From: Octopus sinensis
Taxonomy: Eukaryota
Length of the DNA: 25,699 nt
NCBI RefSeq assembly: GCF_006345805.1
Contig: NW_021833336.1
Span: forward strand, 1-25,699
Reading direction: 5' to 3'
Shown here: positions 1 to 10,205 of the stretch, piece after piece
How positions within the stretch are numbered: the first letter of the stretch is position 1
Layout: every line of letters starts with the position of its first letter
Translations under genes and position numbers: made by a program
Notes under the pieces: model-generated
Told to the model about the DNA's origin: nothing
What the model saw: only the letters and a program-made list of their open reading frames with translations
Databases searched by the model: none

Positions 1-197
1 AGAACCTTCACCAGTTATCGGCTGACTGTCACTCCTCATTTCGAGCATTCAACGACAATATGAATCTTCAAAGACAGTTGCTCCCATAAATTCTAAAATA
101 TAATTTAGGATTTATGGAGGGTCAAAGTTGGGAACAAAACCAAAACAATGGAGACATACAAGGAACCGAACGAAAACAAACCCATATATACCTACAC

Positions 198-244
<47 letters not shown>

Positions 245-283
245 GCCATAGAAGCATATATATTAAATTTATTATTACTAATA

Positions 284-284
<1 letters not shown>

Positions 285-368
<84 letters not shown>
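285..368. repeat. (ATT)n microsatellite, with neighbouring (CA)n at ~193-236 and (TA)n
   Basis: Seen directly; source of the poly-N/I/L ORFs at 112-459. Confidence 0.97.
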
Positions 369-402
369 CTTGTATATATTTATATATATATATATGATAT
401 TT

Positions 403-570
403 GGGGTGACCTGCAATATAGTGGTTCGCCAAAATGCTCCATATAAGTGCCTGGTTTAAAAAGACAAATAATTACTGAGGTTGATTCGATCGACTAAAAT
501 TCTTCAAGGCAGTGTCCCAGCAAAGCCACAGTCTAATGACTGAAATAGAAATAAGTAAAAGATAAAAAGA
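403..570 (+). mobile_element. Decayed 3' part of SINE family A
   Basis: 'cgactaaaattcttcaaggcagtgtcccagcaaagccacagtctaatgactgaaatagaaataagtaaaaga' matches the reverse complement of the family-A tail at 1043-1110. Confidence 0.65.
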
Positions 571-1042
571 TATATTAATATATGTCTTTAGGAAGAATTG
601 GAGAGGTAGGATCAGAACTCAGAACATAAAAATACAGGCAAATTTTGTCCTGTGTTCTAACAATTTTGCCAACTATGGTTGTTGAAAAGTAAAAATTCCG
701 ACTCGTCCGAATTCAACAACTGAAATCCAAATTGAATAATAAGAACACACAGCATTCATTTCTATTTCCTGAGACCATCTTTCATCTGAAGTAATCTTCA
801 GTGAGGGAGTAATTTAAACATGAGAATCAAGTATGAATGTTTGAAAACGACTGACAGTAGAACTGAGAAAACGTAAATATTTTATTTTTAATAAAGTAAT
901 AAGGAAGGCGCAGAAGCAGTAATTGAGAGATGATGGAGTTATGAGGAATCGCCCAGTAAAGAACGGTGAATAGTTGTGTGCTTATCCAGTAGAAATACCT
1001 GTATTATCAAATCTTGGAAGTCTTTGGGTGAATGTATATATA

Positions 1043-1427
1043 TACTCTTTTACTTGTTTCAGTCATTTGACTGCGGCCATGCTTGAGCACCGCCTTTAGT
1101 CGAGCAAATCGACCCCAGGACTTATTCTCTGTAAGCCCAGTACTTATTCTATCGGTCTCTCTTGCCGAACCGCTCAGTGACGGGGACATAAACACACCAG
1201 CATCGGTTGTCAAGCAATACACAAACATACACTCACACACACACACATATATATATATATATACATATATACGACGGGTTTCTTTGAGTTTCCGTCTACC
1301 AAATCCACTCACAAGGCTTTGGTCGGCCCGAGGTTATAGTAGAAGACACTTGCCCAAGGTGCCACGAAGTGGGACTGAACCCATAACCATGTGGTTGGTA
1401 AGCAAGCTACTTACCACACAGCCACTC
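1043..1427 (-). mobile_element. tRNA-derived SINE family A (CORE-like centre), near full length, internal (CA)/(TA) microsatellite
   Basis: Minus strand starts AGTGGCTGTGTGGTAAG (A-box-like), then GGTTCAGTCCC (B-box-like) and CCTTGGGCAAGT (CORE-like), and ends GAAACAAGTAAAAGAGTA. Close copies at 12662, 13419 and 22880. Confidence 0.88.
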
Positions 1428-2082
1428 TTGGATTTCAGCCACTCCTGGAGTTCAGGATTGTTGCTTTTAAAGCAACAAGGAAGGAGTATATTCGGTAACA
1501 AAAATTGTCTTCTCCGAGCTGACGAGAGACGTAACATCTGGCTATGTTGTAAAAGACAATAACGTCACTTATATATACATTAAATATACACACACTATAT
1601 GCATATATTTACATATATCTATACTTACACAGGTATATATATATATATATTCAGATATACCTTTGGATATCCTTGTTGCTTATTGTGGATATATATATAT
1701 ATATATGAATACACACAAATATAGATAACTACACGTATTTAACGTTTATAGTGCACATAGAAATAAAATCGGCTAGCTTAGATAACAATTATCGATTATT
1801 GAATACGATTTTGAAAACATATTAGACAATATATCTGGATAACGGTGCATTAATGGGCAATTTCTGTAAAGTCCGATGTGTAGATGCTATTCAAAATGGG
1901 ACTGTAAAATTGGTATAAAATATAGGCATCGGATGAAATAGTGTACAGTATTTTGTTTAACATATGTAGATTTCGAGTTCAAAAATGCAGTGCCTTGCTA
2001 TACCGTCTCAGTTCACAGTCTTTCGAAGACGAGTTTATATATCCTTTTATGAATTTGATAAAATAATTGCCATTCTTTTGTA

Positions 2083-2220
2083 GGTGCGTGTGGTAAGAAG
2101 TCTGATTCCGGATTCAGTCCTACCACATCATACCTTGGGCAGGTGTATTCTACTATAGCTCCGACTCAGCCAAAGTCTTGTGAGTGGATTTGCTAGACGG
2201 AAACTGATAGAAGCCCGACG
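2083..2220 (+). mobile_element. Diverged 5' half of SINE family A
   Basis: 'gtgtggtaagaag...ggattcagtcc...ccttgggcaggtgt...cttgtgagtggattt...gaaactga' aligns with 13430-13580. Confidence 0.8.
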
Positions 2221-2318
2221 AATACACACACTCACAAACACACACATATATATATATAATTAACAGAATGACATAAAAAATCCAAGGCTTTGAAATATTT
2301 CAGAACATTTATAAAGAG

Positions 2319-2366
2319 GTCTTACAGCTGTTTCCGGGATATTTCATATGTCCCTTCGTTAGAGAC
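2319..2366 (-). ncRNA. Minimal type I hammerhead ribozyme motif (Penelope pLTR style), core mutated
   Basis: Minus strand: GTCT-CTAACGA-A-GGGA..TCCC-G-GAAA-C-AGCT-G-TA-AGAC. Stem I GTCT/AGAC, palindromic stem III ACAGCTGT, G5>A in the core. Confidence 0.7.
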
Positions 2367-2524
2367 GGTGCGAGAAAATGGTTAAGCAATAGTTATTATA
2401 GAGAAGATATGAAATACAGAGTGAAGTGGAGGAATGAAACCAGACGTGAGATACATAAGGATATTGTATTTAAGCAGAATGGAATACATATAAGTTTTTT
2501 GTACCTTGTGTGTAAGTTCGAATA

Positions 2525-2664
2525 ATGTATGTATATGTGTGTTATATATATATGTATATATATATATAATACATATATATATGTATTATATATATAAATA
2601 TACATATATATAGTGTATATATATATATTGTTTTGCAAAATAGTGGTTTTGTCTTAATATATTT

Positions 2665-2730
<66 letters not shown>
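2525..2730. repeat. (TA)n-rich compound microsatellite
   Basis: Seen directly. Confidence 0.95.
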
Positions 2731-2790
2731 TGTCGCCATGATGTGATCATAGCCACTACACACATTTTTCTCTCTCCTTGTTTTTCTGTC

Positions 2791-2827
2791 CTTTTCTGTA
2801 GAAGATCGTAGGCTCGAAACGTAAAAG
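2791..2827 (+). ncRNA. Ultra-minimal hammerhead-like motif inside a ~185-bp insert (2732-2917) between (TA)n tracts
   Basis: CTTTT-CTGTAGA-A-GATC-GTAG-GCTC-GAAA-CG-TA-AAAG. Core A6>T, one stem II mismatch, palindromic ACGT as stem III. Confidence 0.55.
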
Positions 2828-3199
2828 ACTTTTTCTATTACTGAGCGTTATACTAATACATGTGTTTGTTTTGTACACCACATGTCTTCATCTTTTGTTG
2901 TTCGTAAAATCTCCCTGTATATATATATATATATAAAACATATATATGTGTGTGTGTGTGTGCGTGTGTGTGTGCGTGCGTGTGGCTGGCAATCTTTATA
3001 CTCTATCTGATATGGATTATTAGAACGCCCAATACTGCGGTATTCGCACTGAGAGGTCCTCTCATATAGATGTTCGGTACTTAGAGCACAGATATATATA
3101 TATCCTATCAGACAATAACCGTGTGGTATGGCATCGGCCAGGTCTTGTGATTGTTTATGAATCTTTGTGTCTATTCTATCTTTTCACCCGCTTCCCCGC

Positions 3200-3360
3200 T
3201 TAACGATCGGTGTTGGTTTGTTTACGTGCCTGTAACTTAATGGCTCGGCGAAAATTGATGAAATAAGTAGCAGACTTTAAAAAAAAATGTACTTGTGTCG
3301 ACTTATAGTGCTCCAGCTTCGCCGCAGCCGAATGACTGAAATAAGCACAATAGGTAAAAG
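3200..3360 (+). mobile_element. Decayed 3' half of SINE family A
   Basis: 'tcggtgttggtttgtttacgtgcctgtaacttaatggctcggcgaaaa...gtgctccagc...gccgcagccgaatgactgaaa' matches the reverse complement of 1055-1210. Confidence 0.7.
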
Positions 3361-3428
3361 TAATCTTGATCCATTTCCATTAGACCATAGCGTACAAAAA
3401 GCTGTTTAATATCAAACAAAAGACATTT

Positions 3429-3486
3429 TGTATTCTTACAAGTCTTAAGCAATGTGTTGCATGAAGAACGTGCGATAAGATGGCAC
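3429..3486 (+). repeat. 58-bp direct repeat, copy 1 (copy 2 at 5061-5118)
   Basis: tgtattcttacaagtcttaagcaa(t/g)gtgttgcatgaagaacgtgcgataagatggcac; 57/58 identical. Confidence 0.95.
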
Positions 3487-3886
3487 GTGGATTTTAGCTT
3501 TCTTCCTAGAGAGTTATTTATTGTGCTTTTGTTGTGTTGCTGACGTTATTAATGTTCAGAAGTGTATCTGATACTATAATGCTTTGTAAGTGAAAGCTAG
3601 GAGATGCTGTCCACACAATAAAATGTGATTTTCTTTATTAAATAGTTTGCTGAATATTAGGTATACAAAATCAGTGGCATATACTATCAAACTAGAATTA
3701 GTATATAGTAGATTTTTTATCTTACTAAGGTATATATTCCTTTAAGGGAATCAGACATTGAAGTGATTCTGCTTGCTAGAATATCGTTGCCGATTTTCCA
3801 CGACTCAAGCTGGTTTAAGAAAAGCGGGGATAAATTATACGTTGTGGCTATGGCTGTGTATGACGGGGCAGAATTATGGTTGGTAA

Positions 3887-4121
3887 AAGGCGGCGGGCTA
3901 GCAGAATCGTTAACACGCCGGGCGAAATGCTTAGCGGTATTTCATCTGCCGCTACGTTCTGAGTTCAAATTCCACCCAGGTCGACTTTGCCTTTCATTCT
4001 TTCGGGGTCGATTAAATAAGTACCAGTTACGCACTGGGGTCGATATAATAGACTTAATCCGTTTGTCTGTCTTTGTTTGTCCTCTCTGTGTTTAGACCAT
4101 TGTGGGTAGTAAAGAAATAGG
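3887..4121 (+). mobile_element. tRNA-derived SINE family B, full-length monomer inserted in the Penelope RT
   Basis: Head AAGGCGGCGGGCTAGCAGAATCGTT, B box GAGTTCAAATT, centre GTCGACTTTGCCTTTCAT..GGGGTCGA..AAGTACCAG, tail GTAAAGAAATAGG. Same family as 14156, 10887 and 18204. Confidence 0.9.
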
Positions 4122-5060
4122 TGCATATATTTTACATTATTTGCACAAAGAATTCCAAAACTTAAGAATGGGTGAATACAGGAATGGCGGGCTTATTAAT
4201 ACTCATAATAAGATGGGTCATGAGCGCGATAAGTTCGGAAAGAATGTTATTGTATTCTTCTAGCATAAGGATTTAGAATTCTCTCTTTGTTACAGTTAAT
4301 ATGAAATTTAGTCGCGTCAACTCTTTAGATATTACTTCAGACCGAGAAACTAGCAGTTTTAGGCTTTATTGTAAACCTAAAGTTTATTCTACATTAATAA
4401 TAATTCAGCCCATCCACTGTGTAGCCTTAAAAATGTGATTCATCAGATAGGTAAGCGAATGTTCAATTGTCAGTGGATGAAGTGGCCTTAAATATAGCCT
4501 CCCCTTAGTACAATAATTCTCTTAAGGACACGGTTTCTTAGAACATATCCATTATGTGAGCAATGAAAATAACCCCCGACATATCGGCCCTTAGTAATGT
4601 AGTGAAACAGTGATTGAATAATCATTGGTGTCACAATTAGCCGAATTTTCCTTGTGACGAATACTGCAGTAAATTAATCTTTCAAAGATTGATTTGCTTT
4701 AAGTATGATACACAAATATCTATATTAAACTAATACTGCTATTGTCGCACATAAAAGAATTCTAATTAAGGCTACTGGCTTAGTATAAACTCGGCGATTT
4801 TTTAATGATTGTCTTTCTATATAAGTGACGGTTGATTATATATTAGAATTGCCAGTGAACAAAACCAAAAGAGACAGAAATGCACATTTAGTGCTACCAA
4901 ACACCGCTGCTGGACACTTTTCGTCTGAAACTGGTATATTTCACTCTTTCTTAACACTATATGCCTTTAAGAAACATTATCTCAGAACGAATACCGGTGT
5001 AAATTACACTTTCAATGAAGTATCTGCTTTCGGCATGATACATAGATTGCTGTTTTAAAC

Positions 5061-5118
5061 TGTATTCTTACAAGTCTTAAGCAAGGTGTTGCATGAAGAA
5101 CGTGCGATAAGATGGCAC
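5061..5118 (+). repeat. 58-bp direct repeat, copy 2
   Basis: See 3429-3486. Confidence 0.95.
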
Positions 5119-5243
5119 ACGCTTCTGCCACACGCACACGAACAAACATATAGAATGTGCGCGTGTGTGTGTGTATACACATACATCATACATTATGCAT
5201 ACAAACATAAGCACATACATACATACATACATACATACATGCA

Positions 5244-5278
5244 ATGAAGAAGCCTTGGATTTGGGCTAGAAATCGGTT
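5244..5278 (+). ncRNA. Degenerate minimal hammerhead-like motif downstream of the Penelope remnant
   Basis: ATGAAGA-AGCC-TTGGATTTG-GGCT-A-GAAA-TCGG-TT. C3>A in the core, near-palindromic stem III, AATAAA about 23 nt downstream; stem I is not convincing. Confidence 0.4.
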
Positions 5279-5356
5279 ATTTATTGGCAAGAAATCGTGA
5301 AATAAAACTAAATAATAACATACATATATTCACTCACTCATTCGCACAAGTGTGCA

Positions 5357-5414
<58 letters not shown>

Positions 5415-5437
5415 CACACACACACACACACATAGAG

Positions 5438-5648
5438 AGTAAACCCGACAAAGATAGTACAGTGAAATTACTGTAAGCTATGGAAAATCCCATGTTTCGA
5501 ACAATGTCCCTCTTTTAAAGGTGTTAAGCTCTGCTATTTCTTTTTAATTTCACTCCTGTATACTTTCCCCTGAAGAATGACGATGTCCACAATATGGGAT
5601 TTTTCCACTCCCTACGGCTGTTTCACTGTTTCTTTGTATGGATTTACT
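5438..5648. mobile_element. Fold-back element with ~83-bp imperfect inverted arms, between (CA)n and (TATG)n tracts
   Basis: Left arm 5438-5521 agtaaacccgacaaaga..acagtgaaa..tggaaaatcccat aligns with the reverse complement of 5567-5648, agtaaatccatacaaaga..acagtgaaa..tggaaaaatcccat. Confidence 0.7.
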
Positions 5649-5654
5649 ATGCAT

Positions 5655-6032
5655 TTATGTATGTATGTATGTATGTATGTATGTATGTATGTATGTATGT
5701 ATCATGCATGTATGTACGCACGTAGGTATGTGTGTAAGCATGTATGTATGTATGCATGTATGGAAGTATGTAGATATATGTATATACAAGTATATATACA
5801 TATATATATAAATATATCATATATAAATATATATATATACACACACACACACAGAACTATATATATATATAATATATATATATTGAAGCATCTGTACGCA
5901 TGTATGTATGTTTGTATATATGTATATATATATATATTATATATATATATATACATATATATGTATATATATATATATACGCATATATATGTATATATAC
6001 ATATATACGCATATATATATATATACGCATAT

Positions 6033-6063
<31 letters not shown>

Positions 6064-6260
6064 GACACATATATGTATATACATGTGTCCGTATGTGCAA
6101 GTGTTGAAGTATATACGACATACATGCTATGCGTTCATACACACACACGCACAGACACACACACACACACACACGCACAGATACACACAGACACACACAC
6201 TCACAGATACACACAGACACACACACGCACAGATACACACAGACACACGCACACACAGCA
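5655..6260. repeat. Compound (TATG)/(TA)/(CA) microsatellite
   Basis: Seen directly. Confidence 0.95.
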
Positions 6261-6510
6261 TAAATGCACATCTTCATATTCTGTTCATGGAACTTACTAT
6301 GTTGGCTAATATTCAGCAAGAAAATAAGCAAAAAAAAAAAAAACCCAAATAAATACAATCAACAAAACAAATAAGAAATACAACCAGCAAACAGACGACA
6401 AAATAACAACAACAACAACAACAACAACAACAAAAACAAAAAATAAAAATAAACAAACAAACAAACAAGCAAAAAAAAAACTGAAACGCAGAAGAAAGAA
6501 CTCAGCAAAA

Positions 6511-6608
6511 TTAATGTCTACTCAAATACTCTATGGCTTCTTCGCCAGTAAGATTTGTAATAGCGATATTAAAGCCAGCAGATTTATCAGACATAACACT
6601 TGTAAGGT
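6511..6608 (-). CDS. Possible terminal coding exon of an unidentified gene: (D)LTSVMSDKSAGFNIAITNLTGEEAIEYLSRH*
   Basis: Non-repetitive island with a pyrimidine-rich acceptor (ttttgtttctggattctcag) and an open phase-1 frame to TAA. No homolog recognised and no partner exon found. Confidence 0.27.
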
Positions 6609-6944
6609 CTGAGAATCCAGAAACAAAATATAGAGGAAATTCACTCACAGTATTTTTCCCGATAAAAAGACATACACACACACACATACACACACATACA
6701 CAAAACACACAAACAAACAAAAAGAAGTAACGAAACTAAAAACTGCAAAAAAATAAAAGTTAAAGAAATAATAAAAAGAACATGAAATAAAAAAGAGGAA
6801 GAAAACAATCTAAATAAACCAAACGAAGAACATTTTTTTTTTTAGTTTGGTTGGAAATCATAAGATTATTTCTGTTTTTGTCTATATGAATGTGTATAAA
6901 GGTTTGTTTCTGTATGTTCGCATGGAAAAATATTTACAAACGCC

Positions 6945-7226
6945 TACATATATGTGTATACATACATACATACATACATAATACACACACACACACATAT
7001 ATATATACACACACATATATATATACACACATATACATATATACATACATATATATATAATTACATATACATACATATATATATATAATTATATATACAT
7101 ATATGTCCATATATATACCTATATATATATATATATATATCCATATATGTTCATATTGATTTATACATATATGTAAATATATGTACATGCATATATATAT
7201 TCATACATACACATACATACACACAC

Positions 7227-7268
<42 letters not shown>

Positions 7269-7335
7269 TATATTTGTGAGCAATAGAGAGAGCGATAGAG
7301 AGAGAGAGAGAGGGAGAGAGAAAGAGAGAGAGAAT
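6945..7335. repeat. Compound (TA)/(CA)/(GA) microsatellite
   Basis: Seen directly. Confidence 0.95.
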
Positions 7336-8749
7336 ACTTCTTATCACATGTTTGATATTCACTTTAGTTTTGTTGTTTCTTTGCGGTTATTTTCTTCTTC
7401 TCGTTGTTCTTCTAATTTACTAAATTAATATTATTTAAATTTCTGTATTTTGAAATTGCTGTAAAATTATTACTGAACAGAGAGAATATGTCTGTGTAAA
7501 ACGTATTCCGTCTAACGTAGCATTATTTATTTATTTATTTATTTATTTGTTTATCATAAGTTGTTCCTTACAACAAGTTGTTCGAATATCAGTGATTTCT
7601 TACTGGTTAACTGTTTTGTGAGACACCAAAACTATTTGTCTTAAATTTACAATTTCTTTTCCTTCCTATGCAATACTATTCATATATTGCCGAGTCATTA
7701 AATACTATTGAAGCGATCGAATATTTCATCATTTGGCAACAAGCACTTGTCTCTAAAAAAAAAAAAAAAACAAATGATAAATAGAAAATTTTCAATTTGC
7801 TTTGCAAAATCTTATTTTATCTGAAATCCTGTATCGATACAATATTGTTATATTTCGAAAAAAGTCATAAGTAAAACAAAACCCATAAACACACTCAACG
7901 GTTGTTGTTTGTCTATATTTTCCCTACTTTTCAAAGCAGTTATTCTTTGTCTATAGTCTCCCAAATATTTTTCCTTATATCAAACTGTAGTTTTTTTTCA
8001 GTGGATACATATTTCCAAACACCTTTTTTTTTAAAACTGATTTTATAGTTACCATATCCCTATAGTAAAATATGGAAGCTGATAGCATTAATGTTTAGTA
8101 GTTTATTTTCGCTTCCTTTTGTGTCGCCAACATAAGAACACGTACGCATATATGTTGTGTGTGCATATGTGTGATGGTAGACCGTAGCTGTTTTAAATCT
8201 TATTATATCCTTACTCTTGTATTAAAGCTATAGCGGGTTATGGTTAGTGTAGGTGTTGTTTCACTACTCGTTCGTTACGTTAATTCTCACTAGTCGTTCA
8301 TTATGTTAAGTCTGTGAGCAGGATTTATTTTCTTTATTTGTACAGCTTCTATAATCTGTTTTAATGCTAAGTCATTTAGATGTCTGGGAAAAATTTATTC
8401 TTCAACATTTTTATCGAGCTATTGTATTTCCATACGACACGTTGCTAGATTACAGATGTTTGTTTCTTTTCTTTATATTCTCACTCGTAGTCTGCAATCA
8501 TTTCACTCAAATTTCGAGCTGTTTCTCCTGTATAGTATTCCTACGTTGCGTATCTAAATATCTCATAGGTTACACAGCGTTACTAATATAGTAGTTCATT
8601 TTATTATCGGTTGTGCAACCGAAACAAACTTATATACAGTCAAATAGACAAAAACAAATTTTACGCTCCCAAGTGTTTGGTGTTTATGTAGGTGGACGGT
8701 CCTTTATGAGACATCTTTTTAGTAGAGTCTATGAATCTACAATAGTTAC

Positions 8750-8910
8750 GTGTTTAGTATTTCTTCCCACGCGTTACGTTTTGAGTTCAAATCCCGAGAA
8801 TGTCGACTTTGTCTTTCGTCGTTTCACGCTCGATAAAATTAAATTACCAGTCATGTACTGGGTTTGATGTACTCGACTTGCTCTCTCCTCTCAAAATTAC
8901 TGGTCATATA
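8750..8910 (+). mobile_element. Diverged SINE family B fragment
   Basis: 'ttacgttttgagttcaaatccc..gtcgactttgtctttcgtc..tcgataaaattaaattaccag..tactgggtttgatgtactcgact'. Confidence 0.75.
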
Positions 8911-9147
8911 TCTATAAATTCGAAACAAAGTTTGATAATAGTAAAATGTTTCAATAACGTAGTGACCTCAACTAGTATTAGAAATACCTTTACTTCCTTC
9001 ACTACTTATTATGAACACCTGAGTCTATAAGAAATACTTTAAACAGTTCAGTGAAGAAATTGGAAAAAAACTAAAAAAAAACTACAGAAATGTGTTACTG
9101 AGTTTGGTCACCAGGGAAATTTAATGTTAGAAACATCTAAATATTTG

Positions 9148-9389
9148 TTTCAAATTTTGACTGGAGGCAAGCGATTTCAAGGAATGAGAAAGAGAGAAAA
9201 ATGGCAGGGTAAGTCGACTGTACCAACCTTAGTATTTTACTGGAATTTTATTTTATCGACCAGGAAAAGATGAAAAGTAAATTTGACTTCGGCCGGATTT
9301 GAACTCGAAACGTAAAGAGCCATAAGAAATTCCACTAGGTATTTTTTCTAATGCCTCTGCCGATTCCTCCAGCTCGCTGCCTCCGAGAT
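9148..9389 (-). mobile_element. Older SINE family B relative with a 13-bp target-site duplication
   Basis: Head and centre match family B; atctaaatatttg occurs at both 9135-9147 and 9390-9402. Confidence 0.8.
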
Positions 9390-9559
9390 ATCTAAATATT
9401 TGGAGACGTGCTAAGGTTTTGAATAAGGTCTTGAATAAATGGACTAACAGTTTAGAGATGATTGTCGTAAGAGAAAAGCTGGTTATATGAGACGTTGGAA
9501 ACAAAGGATGTAAAAGACTTCGAAGAATAACGAAGCTGTTTAAGGGACGAATCAAATAA

Positions 9560-9750
9560 GGACCTTATACGTAGTCACTTCACATGCTAATAATAACAGT
9601 CAAATCTTAATTAAATTGTCTAATGCACTGTCTTTAAAGAAAGGCTCTTTGGATAAAGTGTTTCTAAATACAATGTGTCTGAAAAATAAGACAGCTATAT
9701 CAGGGCTAGCCAGGGGTTAGACAACAACAACAACAACAACAACAACAACA
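9560..9750 (+). mobile_element. Decayed interspersed repeat with a (CAA)n tail; related fragment at ~13376-13409
   Basis: gtcacttcacatgctaataataacagtcaaatct (9574-9607) resembles gtcactcgacctgctagaaacaacagttaaatct (13376-13409); ends in a (CAA)n tract. Confidence 0.5.
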
Positions 9751-10205
9751 TTATTAGCAACAACTACAACCATAAAATTGACACTATCAATAACAACAAC
9801 AGCAACAAAAATATCACCAGCAGCAACAATCAGAAACATAAAGTCTAGACAATTATATCACGGTAGACAATTCACAAATTAGATTATTGCCAGCTGAATG
9901 GAAATTCTATTAGATATATAAATTAATAAACGATGTAATGATAGGCAATCGTTTAACTTCTATAGCAACCTTTATTAGAAGGAAAAGAATGAGAAGTAAC
10001 ATATGACGTTCGGAGAAACAGAAACGTACATTATTTAGATGCTTTTAATCGGTAATATCCCCGAAAAGTAGAAAATATAAAGCGACTGTACTTCTGGAAG
10101 CAGACAGGGCAGTGAAAGAACTGGAGGAGATGAGGGGAGAACCTTTTTCTTTTTACAAAGACATTGAATGACTTTGACTGTTGCTCTACTCGACCAGGAT
10201 AGCTG

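Larger units (their letters stand above)
3560..5118 (+). mobile_element. Decayed Penelope-like retroelement reverse transcriptase region, interrupted by a SINE at 3887-4121
   Basis: Hand translation across stops and frameshifts: NQW..YIVDF..VILLARISLPIFHDSSWFKKSGDKLYVVAMAVYDGAEL [SINE] GAYILHYLHKEFQNLRMGEYRNGGL..VNSLDIT..YCKPK..YINNNSAHP..IGKRM..ASP*YNNSLK. This is collinear with Penelope RT motifs (MGxxDGAE, GLYRDDGL, VNFLD, SNHP); the catalytic DD is lost. Boundaries are approximate. Confidence 0.8.

Noticed and set aside
1-183. Possible interspersed repeat fragment at the window start
   Set aside because: No second copy or diagnostic motif in the window, so it cannot be supported without a search.
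1007-1562. Recurrent ORF motif 'RLPNPLTRLWSARGYSRRHLPKVPRSGTEP' (also near 12743, 13370 and 22891)
   Set aside because: It is the antisense translation of SINE family A, not a gene family.
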